From the NCBI RefSeq assembly GCF_033153115.1, contig NW_026889778.1, forward strand, positions 37,386,001 to 37,450,000: 64,000 bases of DNA. Direction: 5' to 3'. The position numbers and the translations under genes were made by a program. This DNA is from Saccostrea echinata (lineage: Eukaryota). Under the pieces are notes generated by a model. It ran no database searches. It was not told the DNA's origin and saw nothing but the letters and a program-made list of their open reading frames with translations. Shown one piece after another: positions 40,901-53,222 of this stretch (position 1 is its first letter; every line of letters begins with the position of its first letter).

Positions 40901-41584
40901 TTTGTTTTTGAGTGATATGCTTTAAATCATGCTGTGAGATGTCTGTATCGTAATTAAAACAGTAAATCTTCATTCATTAATGATCTAGATATTACACGAC
41001 GTTGGTACATTATCGCGTGCCTCATTGTAAAATATTCCATGCAAAAACATAAAAGTAAACGAAAAATACACTCCGATCGTAAAATATGAATAAAAGAACG
41101 ACCCAAATCGCTTACAGGCACTTCAGGTTCTGAGATTGTAATTTTTTCCGCCTTCAATCCTATAGGGACAACTAGTGTGAATTCATCAAAGTGGCTCAAA
41201 GGTAGCTTTTACGTGTTCTTTTACCAGGAAACTGAAAGCTGTGGTTGTTTTGGTGTCGGCGAGAAGCGATATCGTTGAAACTAACATGCTTTCCTGTCAA
41301 ACTCACGAGGGAATCAGTTTCATCGGAAAGAGAAATCGAACACGGAATTCTTAATCGAGACTTACTTTCTGAGAACAGAGCAATAAATAAATATTACTTA
41401 TTTGTCCCTGGGAAAAATATATTAAGGACTTACCGAAGAAGCTAGCTATTTGTTTTTCATCAATCCAGAGAGAGAGTTTAGTCCGTGACCTCGAAATGGA
41501 TGAAGGCAATATCACTATGATAAAGAACATGTGATAAAGTAGCATGGCTAGGGCACCAGCAACTTTGATTGTGGCTTTACACAT
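19855..41584 (-). CDS. WIF1: Wnt inhibitory factor 1 / shifted ortholog, about 412 aa; exons 41434-41584, 38788-38927, 29349-29451, 24342-24485, 24037-24141, 23513-23608, 23045-23140, 22603-22698, 22122-22298, 19855-19985
   Basis: Signal peptide, then WIF-domain motifs (LSLWIDEKQ..., [43 protein letters not shown]...[12 protein letters not shown]), four EGF exons and two Lys/Arg-rich exons. All introns are GT-AG. Exons total 1239 nt, i.e. 413 codons including the stop. Confidence 0.92.
20046..21993 (+). mobile_element. HINE/pearl-like element in WIF1 intron 9, hosting a nested MITE
   Basis: ttagcccatctgagctgaaagctca head, (gtct)n, monomers with aatcatga..ggggccacaat, 3' ctcagatgag..ggcccatggccctcttgtt. 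Confidence 0.8.
20493..21687. mobile_element. MITE with ~57-bp TIRs, TA target duplication and two arrays of a 30-bp minisatellite
   Basis: TA|ccctaacaaaaaatactatagtaaactatag ... ctatagtttactatagcatttttttgttaggg|TA; repeat unit actatagtgaaaactttggaactttgattt. Confidence 0.85.
22122..22298 (-). CDS. WIF1: WIF1 exon 9 (poly-lysine tail)
   Basis: taacag acceptor in phase with exon 8; [36 protein letters not shown]...; gtatgt donor. Confidence 0.75.
22603..22698 (-). CDS. WIF1: WIF1 exon 8 (EGF 4)
   Basis: [31 protein letters not shown]; 96 nt, phase 1-1. Confidence 0.92.
22686..22845 (-). repeat. Tandem duplications of the WIF1 exon 8 acceptor junction
   Basis: ag|gcaa(g/a)tgtaaac-like units with AG at 22700, 22729, 22760, 22800 and 22840. 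Confidence 0.8.
23045..23140 (-). CDS. WIF1: WIF1 exon 7 (EGF 3)
   Basis: [31 protein letters not shown]; 96 nt, phase 1-1. Confidence 0.92.
23513..23608 (-). CDS. WIF1: WIF1 exon 6 (EGF 2)
   Basis: [31 protein letters not shown]; 96 nt, phase 1-1. Confidence 0.92.
24037..24141 (-). CDS. WIF1: WIF1 exon 5 (EGF 1)
   Basis: [30 protein letters not shown]; ttgtag / gtaagt. Confidence 0.92.
24342..24485 (-). CDS. WIF1: WIF1 exon 4 (end of WIF domain)
   Basis: [48 protein letters not shown]; attcag / gtataa. Confidence 0.9.
29145..29340. repeat. 42-bp minisatellite (~4.5 copies) abutting the WIF1 exon 3 donor
   Basis: gaaattgacattgtgtcggtagaacattttcctgactctaat repeated. Confidence 0.85.
29349..29451 (-). 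CDS. WIF1: WIF1 exon 3
   Basis: [34 protein letters not shown]; tttcag / gtaagc. Confidence 0.9.
35895..36178 (+). mobile_element. tRNA-derived SINE of the same family, in WIF1 intron 2
   Basis: tggcgcagtggttagtgcg head, gatgagactgtataaaccgaggtcccgtgtc core, (aaac)n tail. Confidence 0.75.
38381..38543. repeat. ~83-bp tandem duplication
   Basis: ttgtaccacaaacaaa..tagtccttga..tattttgaggtt..ttgaa.agagttgca twice. Confidence 0.75.
38788..38927 (-). CDS. WIF1: WIF1 exon 2
   Basis: [47 protein letters not shown]; ttgcag / gtaaga. Confidence 0.92.
41434..41584 (-). CDS. WIF1: WIF1 exon 1 (signal peptide and start of WIF domain); alternative in-frame ATG at 41545
   Basis: [50 protein letters not shown], gtaagt donor. 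Confidence 0.88.
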
Positions 41585-42029
41585 CGTTCCACCCGGGAAA
41601 ATAATTCACAAAACACGGTAACTTCTTCAAGAGTTTTAAAAATTTTATATCAATAAATAGCCTAGATATCATGATAGTTTTTCCTATCACAGAAGAATCT
41701 TCTTAGATCTTGTAATTCCTGGTAGGACAAGCACACTTAAGACACAAGTGTATGATGAGGCACGGGGTCTTCATGTAGTTTCTTTGGTTGACTGGCCTCT
41801 GTTGAAAATAAAACACCGAAGTCCCCCTCTTTGGATCTGATCACAAGTTTTGATACGAGTGTGACATAAGAACAATCTAGAGTTTCAATGACATCGTGGT
41901 CTATGTCGAACATGTTAGCATCTTCTAGCGTTGGTTTTTCCCTAACGGTGAAAATGGCTCTATTCAACCCTATCGGCAGACGGTAAGCGGATTCTGTGCT
42001 AAAATACCACCTCTCTTTCACGCTTAAAC

Positions 42030-42150
42030 AATGCAGTACTTTTTGACCAAACCAATCGTCGTTTCTTTTAAATATCCCTCCTAGATCATGCTTCGTTTTT
42101 ATTGTTTGCGATTAAAAATAATCTCGGCTTTCACAACCAATCGAAGGTGA
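42030..42150. promoter_or_regulatory. Candidate WIF1 core promoter, possibly bidirectional
   Basis: TATTTAAAA on the minus strand at 42066-42074, CCAAT at ~42051 and 42137, GC boxes at ~42629 and ~42749; TSS not verified. Confidence 0.3.
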
Positions 42151-45100
42151 GTATCAGATACTTTTGTTTCTTTCTATAAGAATTTTGAAAGGTGGAGAGA
42201 GGGTGAAAACTCTTAATTTTTTTTTTAAATCTTTGTTGTCAATCATAAACCATCGCTTCTAATGTTTTGCTCAATCAAACAATGATCTTTCACAATGAAA
42301 ATATCCAATGAAGATTTAATGGTTCAGAGCTATGTAAAGAAAACTCCTCCCCAAAATGCGCCAAGGCGAGCGCATTTTTATTATCAAGTGACAGTAAACA
42401 GATTTTCAATATTTCTTGCTGAATCGAACACGCCGAAGATGCCCCGACGCTGGCACCAATATCATGACCACTTGCTGCTTCATGAATTATTTTCTTTGAA
42501 TGTAAATCAGTTCGTATCACACGGCAGTCCACTTCATGAACAATGTTCCATACCTACAGGTGGTAGTCAAAAATAATCTACCAATTTTGTAAAGAATTAT
42601 GATTTGCCTTCCTACACGTCCTGTTAACGGGGGCGGCGACGACTTCAATCTGTTGCTCTTACATTGAAATCAATTTATCAGGGGAAGGGGTTTATTATCC
42701 CTCCCTCCTACTTTTCTTTATCTACTGACCTTGCTCCATACAAATAAACCCCGCCAAAGAGATTTCCTCTGAATACGATATATGTCAATACTGACTAAGG
42801 GGGAGAAGACAACAAAAACGTGTATTTATCATTGCACTCCCACAAGTCTACCAGGAAATCAGTGAATCTATAAATCTCTGGAACCAAATTAACTAATTTG
42901 GTGATTTTAAAGAGAATCTGCTTTTTGCTCAATGTCATATATCCCACTCTATAGTGTACTTTTATGAAATTAAAACATTACGTAACTTTCGTATCCACAT
43001 ACAAAGAAATTCACTTGATATAACTTCTAAAATAACACCATAACACACCTTCTTTTTATTCATACAATAATATGGTCATTATCTTTAATACAGAACTTTT
43101 ATTCTATAAGTAATAGTATTTTTCTTAGACTTAAAATTTTCTATAACAAGAGATGTTTTCATAATGAAATTTTCGTTGTAATTGTTGTTTGAAAGCATTT
43201 CGAAATTATTGCAATTATAGAAACGAGCATCAAGCAGTCCAGATGTTTTTGCCATTGTTTGGAACATGTATCATGAACCAACTTTTGCCTCATAAATTAT
43301 ATTACCTTTTAGTGTTTCAATAGTGGCAAATGCACTACCTATAGAGATTATAAATTTGTCAGTGACAGAGTGATTTCACGTCTGATAATCAAACGTTCTC
43401 AGGACTAATTTACAAGTGTATTTTTTTTTTTCAGGATTCGATATGAGTGGTGAGTTGGCATGTTTCTGAACGTCATGCTTTTATTTTCCAATGTGAGTAG
43501 TTGACCCAGCTTCATTTAAAAAAATCCAATTTACATTCCATTCGTAAAACTATATATTGCTGAAGACGCAATGTATGACAGACCTTACTATGAGAAAATA
43601 AAACCAATTCTCATATCAAATCTTTGTACATCATCTCTTGCAGTTTTCATTTTCTAACTCTAAAATTTTCGTCATATAATCTGCTGCCGAATGAGATACA
43701 AATCCGTTTGTTCTTTGAAATTCTTTCGATCCATCCTGTACCACTCTCATGTCTTCACCATTCAGCTTTTTGATTGTAAAAGCGATGCATACAAGGACGA
43801 GGGTACCTCTTTTCATGTCTGAAGTCGTAGGAGAGCTTCATTTGTTTGTTATTGTTGGTTTTAAATGGATTATATTTAAATCCTATTGACCTATTGTCAG
43901 AGTCAATATTGTTTTATGGCCGACGTACCGGGCCGCGGTACATAAATACATTTTAACACTCAGGTGCGAGATTTTCCAGCAAGATTTAAGGAGTATTCTG
44001 ATTTTCTGAGCAGAGTGCTTGGTGATTTAAGAGGATTGTTAGAAATAGGGAAATTAAGATCGACATACGTTTTCTATTTTCTCTACCTAAGGAACATATG
44101 AGAAAATCGAATGAAAATCGGTTTTCATTTTCATGTATTTATTTTTTGTTTCAAGAAAAAAAAAAGTAAAATTGATTAGATTCATAGAAACTGTTCGCTC
44201 TTACCACTGTCGACAAAACTAAAACCTTGCAAAAGAAGGAACAACTATGCATTATTTATAGTTGATTTCAAGTCACTGACTTACTACAAATATTCAATAA
44301 AGTAAAAAATTAATCGTCGATTTTTTTTTTTATGTTCGTATACCTGTAGTTTCAGAAGTAGTGTTTTTGGTCTTTTAATTCTTATTATTCAAAAAATAAT
44401 TTTGAAAATTAAAAGGCACCATTGAAATTAAAGAATTTAATTATGTCCTCAAAAGGTAACGGACAGTACAGTTTAGAGCACTAGCTGGGGGTATCTTTGA
44501 AAACAGTAGAAAGTATCCGGAAAATGTTAAACATGCTCACATGGAAGAAAAAGATACCTTCAAGCATAAAAGCCACAGGATCATAAGAATTTTTTTTTCT
44601 TAAAAAAAATGACATGTCTTATGGTTTGTTAAATTCCTTTCTTGATGATTGGACAGCCGAGTTAAAAAATAATTTATTATCATCCCCCATCAACTTGTCT
44701 CATAAAGTGTATTTTCACTTTGTTGATAATTAATTTTTGAAAACAACTTTGACAACTTCTGAACAACATAATAACCCCTTTTTGTCGACCTTCTTATACA
44801 CGCTGATAGCAGGATAGCGCTATCACTTCATCAGGGAGGGATTAGAATTACCCCCTTTCCTCCATTTCCATGTCATAGCCGAACCGCTTCAGTGAAAATC
44901 ACAATAAAGTCCATAAACCCGTTATCATTTGACAACAGTGCGAGAAAAGAAAGACGCTAACCTTTTCCACTGACCTACAAAACCAGGGGAATTCGGGTAG
45001 ATTTGGGAGAATATTTAAGGGAAATATATATATAGTTGATTTACAATAGGAGGATACGTTTGGGCGGAATAGGAGGACAAAATTCCTTTTTTTTTCACAC

Positions 45101-45997
45101 TGTGTCGTAACATGGAGAAAGAAAAAAAGTTTTGTACTTCAAGACTTCCAAAAATTGCATAGAAAAACATTATTTTGATATTAACATTTTTAACCGTCTT
45201 ATTTAAAACCTATAATTTGGATGCCTGTATTCTTATTATTTATTCTATCTGAAAAGGAAATGTAATTATTAGCATTATAGTCTGTTTTTAGGACTTGCTG
45301 CCATTCTGTGATTATTATGAATCTGAAATAAAAAAAAAAAATCTTTATATATGAATTCCAGAAGGGTTTTTTTTTCTTCTACATACATGTATGACAGAAG
45401 ACACCTTAAATTCTTAATTTTCATGAACTTCTCTTCAAATTAAGTATGAATTGACTATTTTGCCATCACCATTTGATTGGATGCTTATATATATATATAT
45501 AATACTGTATGTGTACTTAAAAAAAGCGGACTTCATATTTTAACGGCTTTGGCGCGGACAACGATGCGCTGATTTATGAATAGCGCTAAGAAATTATTTA
45601 CTAATACAATGCACGGCACGGACATGTGTAGCGCTAATTCATGATTACGCCAAAAACTCCATACCCCTGATTGCGCTAAATTTTGAATACACCAATTTAT
45701 GTACACGTACAGTATTAAAAATGTATAGACATCATGAGGCATCATAATATTCAATTCAGAGATCATCTTTCCATTCAAAAACATACACAGTCAACTATGG
45801 AAGAATTTATGCAGGTTCAAGGACGAAAATAAAATACACGATGAATATCGATCCCAATAATCTAATCTTGGATTTTTAAACGCTTCATTTTTTTTCTGAA
45901 TTTATGATGAGAAAATTTTGAATGAGATTCTTTTTTTACATTTTCAACAGTGAAATACTGTGATTTATTACACTTTCAACAGTGAAATACTGTGATT

Positions 45998-46962
45998 TAT
46001 TAATTGAATAAAAGTGATATTCTCTCACAGTGTGAAAGGATACTAAAATGATATTCTCTCACAGTGTGAAAGATATCAAAGTAAGTAAAAAATAATTTCT
46101 GGCCTGTCATAAGACAGAGATAGTAACTAAGCATCTTGATAGAGCTAAAACTGCAAATTTCTTCCCAAATATCTTGCTAAAATCCATGCTATGTAATGTT
46201 TTCAATCGCACAACTGCTAAGCTATGACGTCTCAACCGCTCAACTATGACGTCAGGCCTATGACACTGTTAAGAAAAGACACAGGCAAAGGGAAAATCAA
46301 AGAAAATGTAATAAACAGAAAATTCAATGTTTTGTAGATGAATATGGAATTTATATCACGAGTGGGACAGGATTTTTTGATATTTTCACTCGTGCTTCGC
46401 ACTCGTGAAAATATCAAAAAATCCTGTCCCACTCGTGATATAAATTCCATATTCATCTACAAAACATTGAATATCCTCCATTTATTTATTGAATAAAAGT
46501 GATATTCTCTCACAGTGTGAAAGGATACCAAAGTGATATTCCGTCACAATGTGAAAGGATATCAAAGTAAGTAAAAAAATATTTTTGGCCTGTCATAAGA
46601 TAGAGTTTGTAACTAAACTGTCTTGATAGAGACTAAAACTGCTAATTTCTTCCCAAATATATTGCTAAAATCCATGTTAAAATGTTTTCAATGTCACAAC
46701 TTCTAAGCCATATGACTCTCAACCGCTCAATTATGACGTCACAGCCCATGACACTGTGTTAAGACAGAGGCAAAGGGAAAATCAAAGAAAATGTAATAAA
46801 CAGAAAATACAATGTTATCATTTGGATATGGAAATTATTTCACTCATGAGACAGGATTTTTTTTTTATATTTTCAATTGTGCTTCGCACTCGTGAAAATA
46901 GCATAATCAAATATGAAATAAATTCCATATCCAAATACAAAACATCGAATATCCTCTATTTA
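45998..46962. mobile_element. Two head-to-tail ~480-bp copies of a palindrome-bearing non-autonomous element (Crypton-like, tentative)
   Basis: Units start ttgaataaaagtgatattctctcacagtgtgaaagga at ~46003 and ~46489; copy 1 has a perfect 68-bp inverted repeat (46322-46389 / 46405-46472). Confidence 0.65.
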
Positions 46963-49340
46963 TTCATCCTTTTTAGACTTAAAGTGGAAAATGCATAACT
47001 TAATTTTGCATAAAAATTTGACAGATTTGGAATATATCTCAAAAATCAGTGAGCATAAACTGTACAGCGCAATCACAAAGGTAGTTCAAAACCATAGCAT
47101 GTAATTATCCTCATTTCTCATTAAGGACAGATGATGAAAAGAAATAAATGCCTGGGTTAGTATATATTTTTGGACCTATTTTGGTTGTAAATGATGCCAA
47201 TGTTTAAAATATTAAGAAATTGTTAACTTTCTTTGATGTCCTTAATTACATCCAGTGGAATTGAGTGAAAATGTGATAATGTTTTGATGCCCTTGTATCA
47301 AATAAATTACATTTTAATTATCCTTTAATTAATCAGGAAGTTCGTGCACTTGAAGACTAAAACTGATCATCACTATTTAAGAAAGGGATAATGAAATCTA
47401 CGTCAGAGCTACCTAAAAAAGCATTTAACATCTAGTTTTCAAGTGGTATGGCATACTTTCAAAATAAATGGGAGACGCTGTGTCTCTGATGAGGGATGAC
47501 CATGAAAGACACGTGAAAAACAGATACCAAAAACCTACCAATGGGCCGGAAGCTGTCAAATTATTTTTTAAAAGATGGCGGGCATGTTGAATGTTGTACG
47601 GTAGCAATTATAGCTCTTTGGACTCTGGATAAAGACTTTAATATCGGCAGTTAAAATCTAAGTACTCAGTGCATATAGTGAGTTATAAGAAACATGGATA
47701 ATTTGATAGCAAAGGGCATTTAACGTATGACGGGATTATTTTGGAAGGTGACGTTACAATCCATTTTTGACGTTAGCGACATTATATAAGCTGTACTTGT
47801 AGAATCTTTAAATAAAAGATGATGTTTTGTTTAATCTAAGTCATGTTTCTGAAAATAGCAAGTTCACGGAATATCAAGCACAGATATTTTTGCCAAAATG
47901 TGAAATGTAATAAATATATATGTCATCATCCTTGATTTTTTTGTCAAAGTCATCGTCTGTTTTTTCTCAACTGGCGTTAAAAAAGACAAAATCTTTGATG
48001 TGATCAACATTGGTATTGGGATTTAACAAATGCCCTTATAAAAACTGATGTGAAAATCAAAAGGACGGACGGATAAAACAATAGAAAGCATGAAATTCGA
48101 TCTTGAGGGTAATATAAACATTTACATGTATTATATGGGATATTATATTATATCATGTAAGAAAGTCCAATTCCAGTGGTCGAGAGACGTTAGAAACATG
48201 CTATCCTCTGAGAACAGAAGCCATGTCCTTCAGGGTGACATTATCTAACAACGGGAAGCATAAGTTGACAACGTATGATATGAAAATTATCACATGCGTG
48301 AAATGCATGCACATAGGTTCACCGTTATAGAAACCTTATTTTTTGTTGCATGTATAATTTCATTGAATATAATAAAACAATATTGCAGGCACTGAAGGGT
48401 AACATTGAAAATTTTATCCCCCTCCAAAAAAAGATTGTCAACCTCATCTGCACCTCAGTTGAAAATGTTTTACTTGGAGGTGAAAATTTTCGATATACAT
48501 GCAACATTTATATAATGACATAATTGAAAATTCGTCAATGTTTACGAAAGGCTAAATGTTAATTCTGTATTTCTACAGGAGTGCGCAACCGAGTACACAG
48601 CCCTCTTGAGAACCAAAGACAGTTTAACTGAAAAATGCAAACATCGATGTAGTAATAAAAGACCACATAAGAGGAAATAGAATATCATTAATGTGTGATT
48701 AAATACAGCGGTTTTTCTAATCGTCATGGTCAGTAAACAAATGATGTCCTTAGAGGGAAAAAGTCAACAGAATTCCGAAAGTCAACACTCCCACGAAAAG
48801 GGAGAGAGGATAATTACCGAGTTACTCAGAATTAAGTCATTCTGTTGACTTGTACTTAAATTTACACAAAACTTAAGATGTTATACGCATAAATTGTATT
48901 CATATACGTTCGTCGATCGCTGATTTTTAGGAAGTGAAATTTAAAATAATTATTGTGAATACCTTAGGATAAAAAAATACATGGGATTGCATAGGAGTAT
49001 ACAGGTGTATCTATATCGCATAGACAATAATTAAGAAAAATAAATTTTATATAAACATATAAGAAAAAAGCTTTTTTTTAAAAAAAAATAATGTAATCTA
49101 GAGTAATTACAAGTCATCATGATAACATAATGGAAAAGTAATCAGATGTAATCAATTACTCTAAAAAAAAATGACTGTAATAAGCTTGTAATCGAATCCA
49201 AAGTAATTGTTATTTTGATCGCCCCCATCCCTGCGAATGATATGTCTATTCGAAGCAAATAACGGGAAATAACTCTAATATGTTCTTTAAGCAGGTTCAT
49301 TATTAAAAAGAGATTCGAGGAGTTATTGATCTTTTTCCCC

Positions 49341-50167
49341 TAGTTCTAGCTTGCAGATCTGTAGCTTTGCGGTCTGAAGCTACAGATCCACCCATCAAAA
49401 GTGCACACATTTTCTAAAAGCTGCCATTTCAGAATGTTACTAACCGTGTGTTTCTGATATATAGTCTCTAACTATTTCCACACCTAAACATTCCCCAAAC
49501 TGTTGTAAATAACCCTAATGGGCCTGAAATTGAGACAATCGAAAATTTCGCCTTTTTACACCAGTCTGTAAGTTTAATATTTATATATCTGTTCTTTGTG
49601 TTTATAATTTTTTTTTACCAGATGTTTATATTTACCTTATTTATGAAACATTTATCATTTGAAATCGTATTGACGGAACTTTTTCGTCAATCGTGTACAC
49701 ATCTCTATATTTGTTCAGATTTCTATATAAGGAACGGAAGTATTTCTCCTTATGATTAATTCAATTAAAATTAGATTTGACTAATCAAAGCTTTACATGT
49801 TTTCTACCTGAAAAAAGTTAAAAGTCTTATTGAATATCAACTTACGAAACAATAGTGCGTCGAATTCTTTTGCCACCTTAAATGGAAGTATAAAAATGCG
49901 AAAGTTTCGATGGTTTAAATTCAGGTCCAGGAGGGCTATTAACAACAGTAGTTGGAAATGCTGTGTTGTAGAAGTAGTTATTGAATATGTTAGGAACACA
50001 TAATTAGTAATATTTCGAGATGACAGCTTAAAAATGGGGAGAAATAAATTAAGAAACGTGCACAATTTTTTGTGCGCAATAAATATACATTTTTTTTTCT
50101 ATGAATGGATCTGTAGCTTTCTGGTCGTTTATGGCATTTCCTTCCAGATCTGCAGCTACCCTAACTA
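49341..50167. mobile_element. Old MITE-like element with decayed TIRs
   Basis: Left gcagatctg..agctacagatcca..gtgcac is mirrored by right gtgcac..tggatctgtagct..cagatctgc. Confidence 0.5.
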
Positions 50168-50219
50168 GATGACATGTATTTTCTATATCACTAAATTTCC
50201 ATTTTCTCAAATCAATGCA

Positions 50220-52760
50220 TATGAAAAAGATGAAGATAATAAACAGTGATCAATCTCAAGAAACCTACAAACAATACAATTCTGTGTGCAGGGCATGAAA
50301 CACTGACCCCCCCCCCCAAAAAAAAAATTCCAGAGGTTGGATCAGGTGCCTAGGAGGAGTAAGCATCCCCTGTCGACTAGTCACAACCGCCGTGAGCCCT
50401 GTTTTAATCAGGTATACGGAATATTCCGTAGTCAAATTTAGTATAAGAACAAAGGCCTAACAATTAGTATGAAATATATCAGTCAAATACAACCCATTGA
50501 TAGATTGTATTGGCTAATTGTATTGTTATTACGACCATAAAATTACGAAATGCTCCATGTAACATCAACTTATTTGTTTAAATCATATTTAAATATGGAT
50601 TGTACTTGAAGCATGCTTCTGAGCATCGAATAAGTTCGGAGACATAAACACCACATGCAGGTGATAGTGGAATATTATTGCATAAATAAGGGACGATGGA
50701 AAAGCTGAAATCATTTGGGTTGTCATATAGTTTAGTTGTTAGTTGTCCATTATTCATATATAGTCAGTAAGACATCCAAAAATGAGACATGTGGCAGTTT
50801 CTGTGATGTCTTTTATTTCGAGTTCACTGAGATATATCGAATCGACATATGAATGGAAGTAACTATTGTTAACTGCATGATAAAAAGTCGTCGATATATC
50901 TGAATGTCGAGTTGAAGACCGCAGCAAGTGTCTTCTTCCTCATGTCGAGTTGAAGACCGCAGCAAGTGTCTTCTTCCTCTTCTCATGATGAGGTATAAAG
51001 AAGTCATACGTTTTGATGTTACTGACTTTGAAAAAAAATTGTGATTTTTCAATTTTCTTAAAGTTCTTTGGAGTTTTTTTTTTGAGAATCCAAACTTAAT
51101 TTAAACCACATCTCGAATATGCTGTATCTGAACTTTCTGCTTTTCAGCAATTAATAATTTTGTGAGGAGTGAAGATAGGGGCTTGGTAGAGCATTTGCTG
51201 GAGTAGGCAATGTATCTTTGTTTGTAAGGATTTTTATGAAGCTTAGAAATCCAGTATAGGTAGGTAAATCAAGCTCACTTTCGTTGACTGGAATGATTAA
51301 AGTATGAAATGTGATTTTGAGAGAATTTCATCCTTAGAAAGTGAACTGTGAGTATATGAGTTAAAGTTGGATTTCCAGATGTAGAATTAAAACCAAGTTC
51401 TTCTAAAATACAATTGTAATGATGCGTTTGCAAACAGAACGATATTGTTACAAGCCTTATCTGCGGGAACCATAACATTTTGTTCATGTAGTCTTTCTAA
51501 TTTTATCACTTCCGCCTTGGTGAAAACGGAAGAATAGATGATTTGCATATTGTCTTTTTACTTTCTAACACGATTCTTTAATATATTTCTAAAACACTTA
51601 ATCCATTCTGACAATATTTTCAGGTCTCCCCTTTCATATTTCGCCCAACGTCTGGCATAATCTTCGACATAATTTATATAATAGAAATGAAGTTCTTTCG
51701 CCAATTGAAAGATCGGGGCTCCCGTTTATTTAGGACCTTTTAAACTGATTGCTTTTAGAACATCATTTTCAACTATGTTTACATGTACATCACCAGGTGA
51801 GGTGTACAGGGGGATTATTGTTGAAAGAAGAAGAAGAGCAAGAATACTTAAAAGGATTTTTTCTAGATGTTCAAATTCTAGGCACTGTAAAGTTCGTTTA
51901 TAATTGAAAAGTTTGGAAGCAATAGTAGGAGAATATCTGTAGGAAAATGCAGGATGTAGACTTAAACTTTAAATATGGTGAAATGTAAGAGTGAACGTTT
52001 GTTTGATTGAGAATGTTACTGATGTTCACAGCATCTATTACTTTGTTGACAAATTTATGTCTAAGGAACTTACTGGTCGAATCGAAATTATTATCTTCCG
52101 ACACATGTGGAGGCCTAAAGAGTCTGTGCTGGGCAACATCCATAATCGCAAACGTTAGCTTGTACTCTGCATTTGAAGAATCCAAGTTTGGACTTGCTTT
52201 AGCTTCTTCAAAAAGTCCGTTAAAAATGTTAAGGAAAACAAGTAAAGTTTGGTGCAAACGTTAAGAATACCTAATTGTTTATTGACGTGAGGTAGATGTG
52301 AATCAAATGAGACATCACATATATTTGGTTCACTGTATGACTGATGTCCATGAGTCTATGTATATTGTTAAAAGTCTCATCACATTCACACTGGCACATC
52401 GTGAGCTTGATAGAAACCCTTCATTATTTATGTCGTCGTTGCAACCATACGCGGAAATGCAGTGCCTAGTTTCCTGATCCAGTATACGTCTCGTTGTCTA
52501 CTGAATTGAGTACTTACAGTGGGACTATTAGTCGGATGGTATATTTTTTTCCAAAATTCTAACCCTCTTTGAAAAGATAAAGTGGTCAGCGAATTGAAAT
52601 ATTTCTAAGGATGTTGATGTTCCCCATTATTTCTTTCAAACTATGCCCCGACATTCTATTATTAAGTGAACCCATTGTTTCCCAAATATACTAAGTCAGT
52701 CCGCAAAAATTACATTCAATTCCATAGAAAAAGTTTTACAAGTCAAATTTACAAGATTAC
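50220..52760 (-). mobile_element. Decayed, near full-length Penelope-like retroelement with N-terminal GIY-YIG (Naiad/Chlamys-type)
   Basis: On the minus strand, 5' to 3': NLTCKT..YGIECNFCGL..YI.ET..RMSGH..VRILEK..YHPTNSP..RQRDVYWIRKLGTAFP.YGCND (52430-52750), then RT remnants (FRYIDD at ~50890) and the shared 3' end (ggatgcttactcctcctaggcacctgatcc). Many stops and frameshifts. Confidence 0.8.
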
Positions 52761-52850
52761 CTAAATTATTTGTTAAATTTTACCACTCATGACCAAACGA
52801 CAGACTGCTCATGAAAGAAAAGTACGCCTATGTATTTGTTGTCTATATTA

Positions 52851-53222
52851 AACAAGATGTGTTTATAAAATACTGATGCCTCATCAGGTTTTTCAAAAGT
52901 AGGTCAAACTCCAAATCATGAGGTCAAAAATAGTGATGCCAAAAGAAAGGCCTTGTCACGAGGAATACACCTTTGAAGTCGTAACACAAAGCGTTTAGAA
53001 GTTATGGCCAAAGTTAATGTTTTTTCAAAAGTAGGTCAAACTACAAGGTCAAAGGTCAAAAATGGTAGTACCAAAGAAAGATCTTGTCAAAAGGAATACA
53101 TGTGAAATATATAACCACTATCACTAACCGTTTAGAAGTTATGGCCAAGTTATCGTTTTCAGAAGTAGGTCAAACTCCAAGGCCCAAGGTTATGGGGTCA
53201 AAAATGGTCGTACCCTAAAAAG
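52851..53222 (-). mobile_element. 3' part of a HINE-like element (~125-135 bp monomers) just downstream of the FBG gene
   Basis: aacaagatgtgttt terminus; three copies of aagtaggtcaaact..ggtcaaaaat. Confidence 0.7.

Noticed and set aside
41737-43816. ORFs 41737..42021, 42290..42532, 42295..42576 and 43631..43816 as genes
   Set aside because: Short and unrecognised; consistent with chance ORFs in promoter or UTR sequence.
47480-47512. Hammerhead-like CTGATGA...GAAA
   Set aside because: Stem II is weak, and there is no room for stem I or a proper cleavage triplet.
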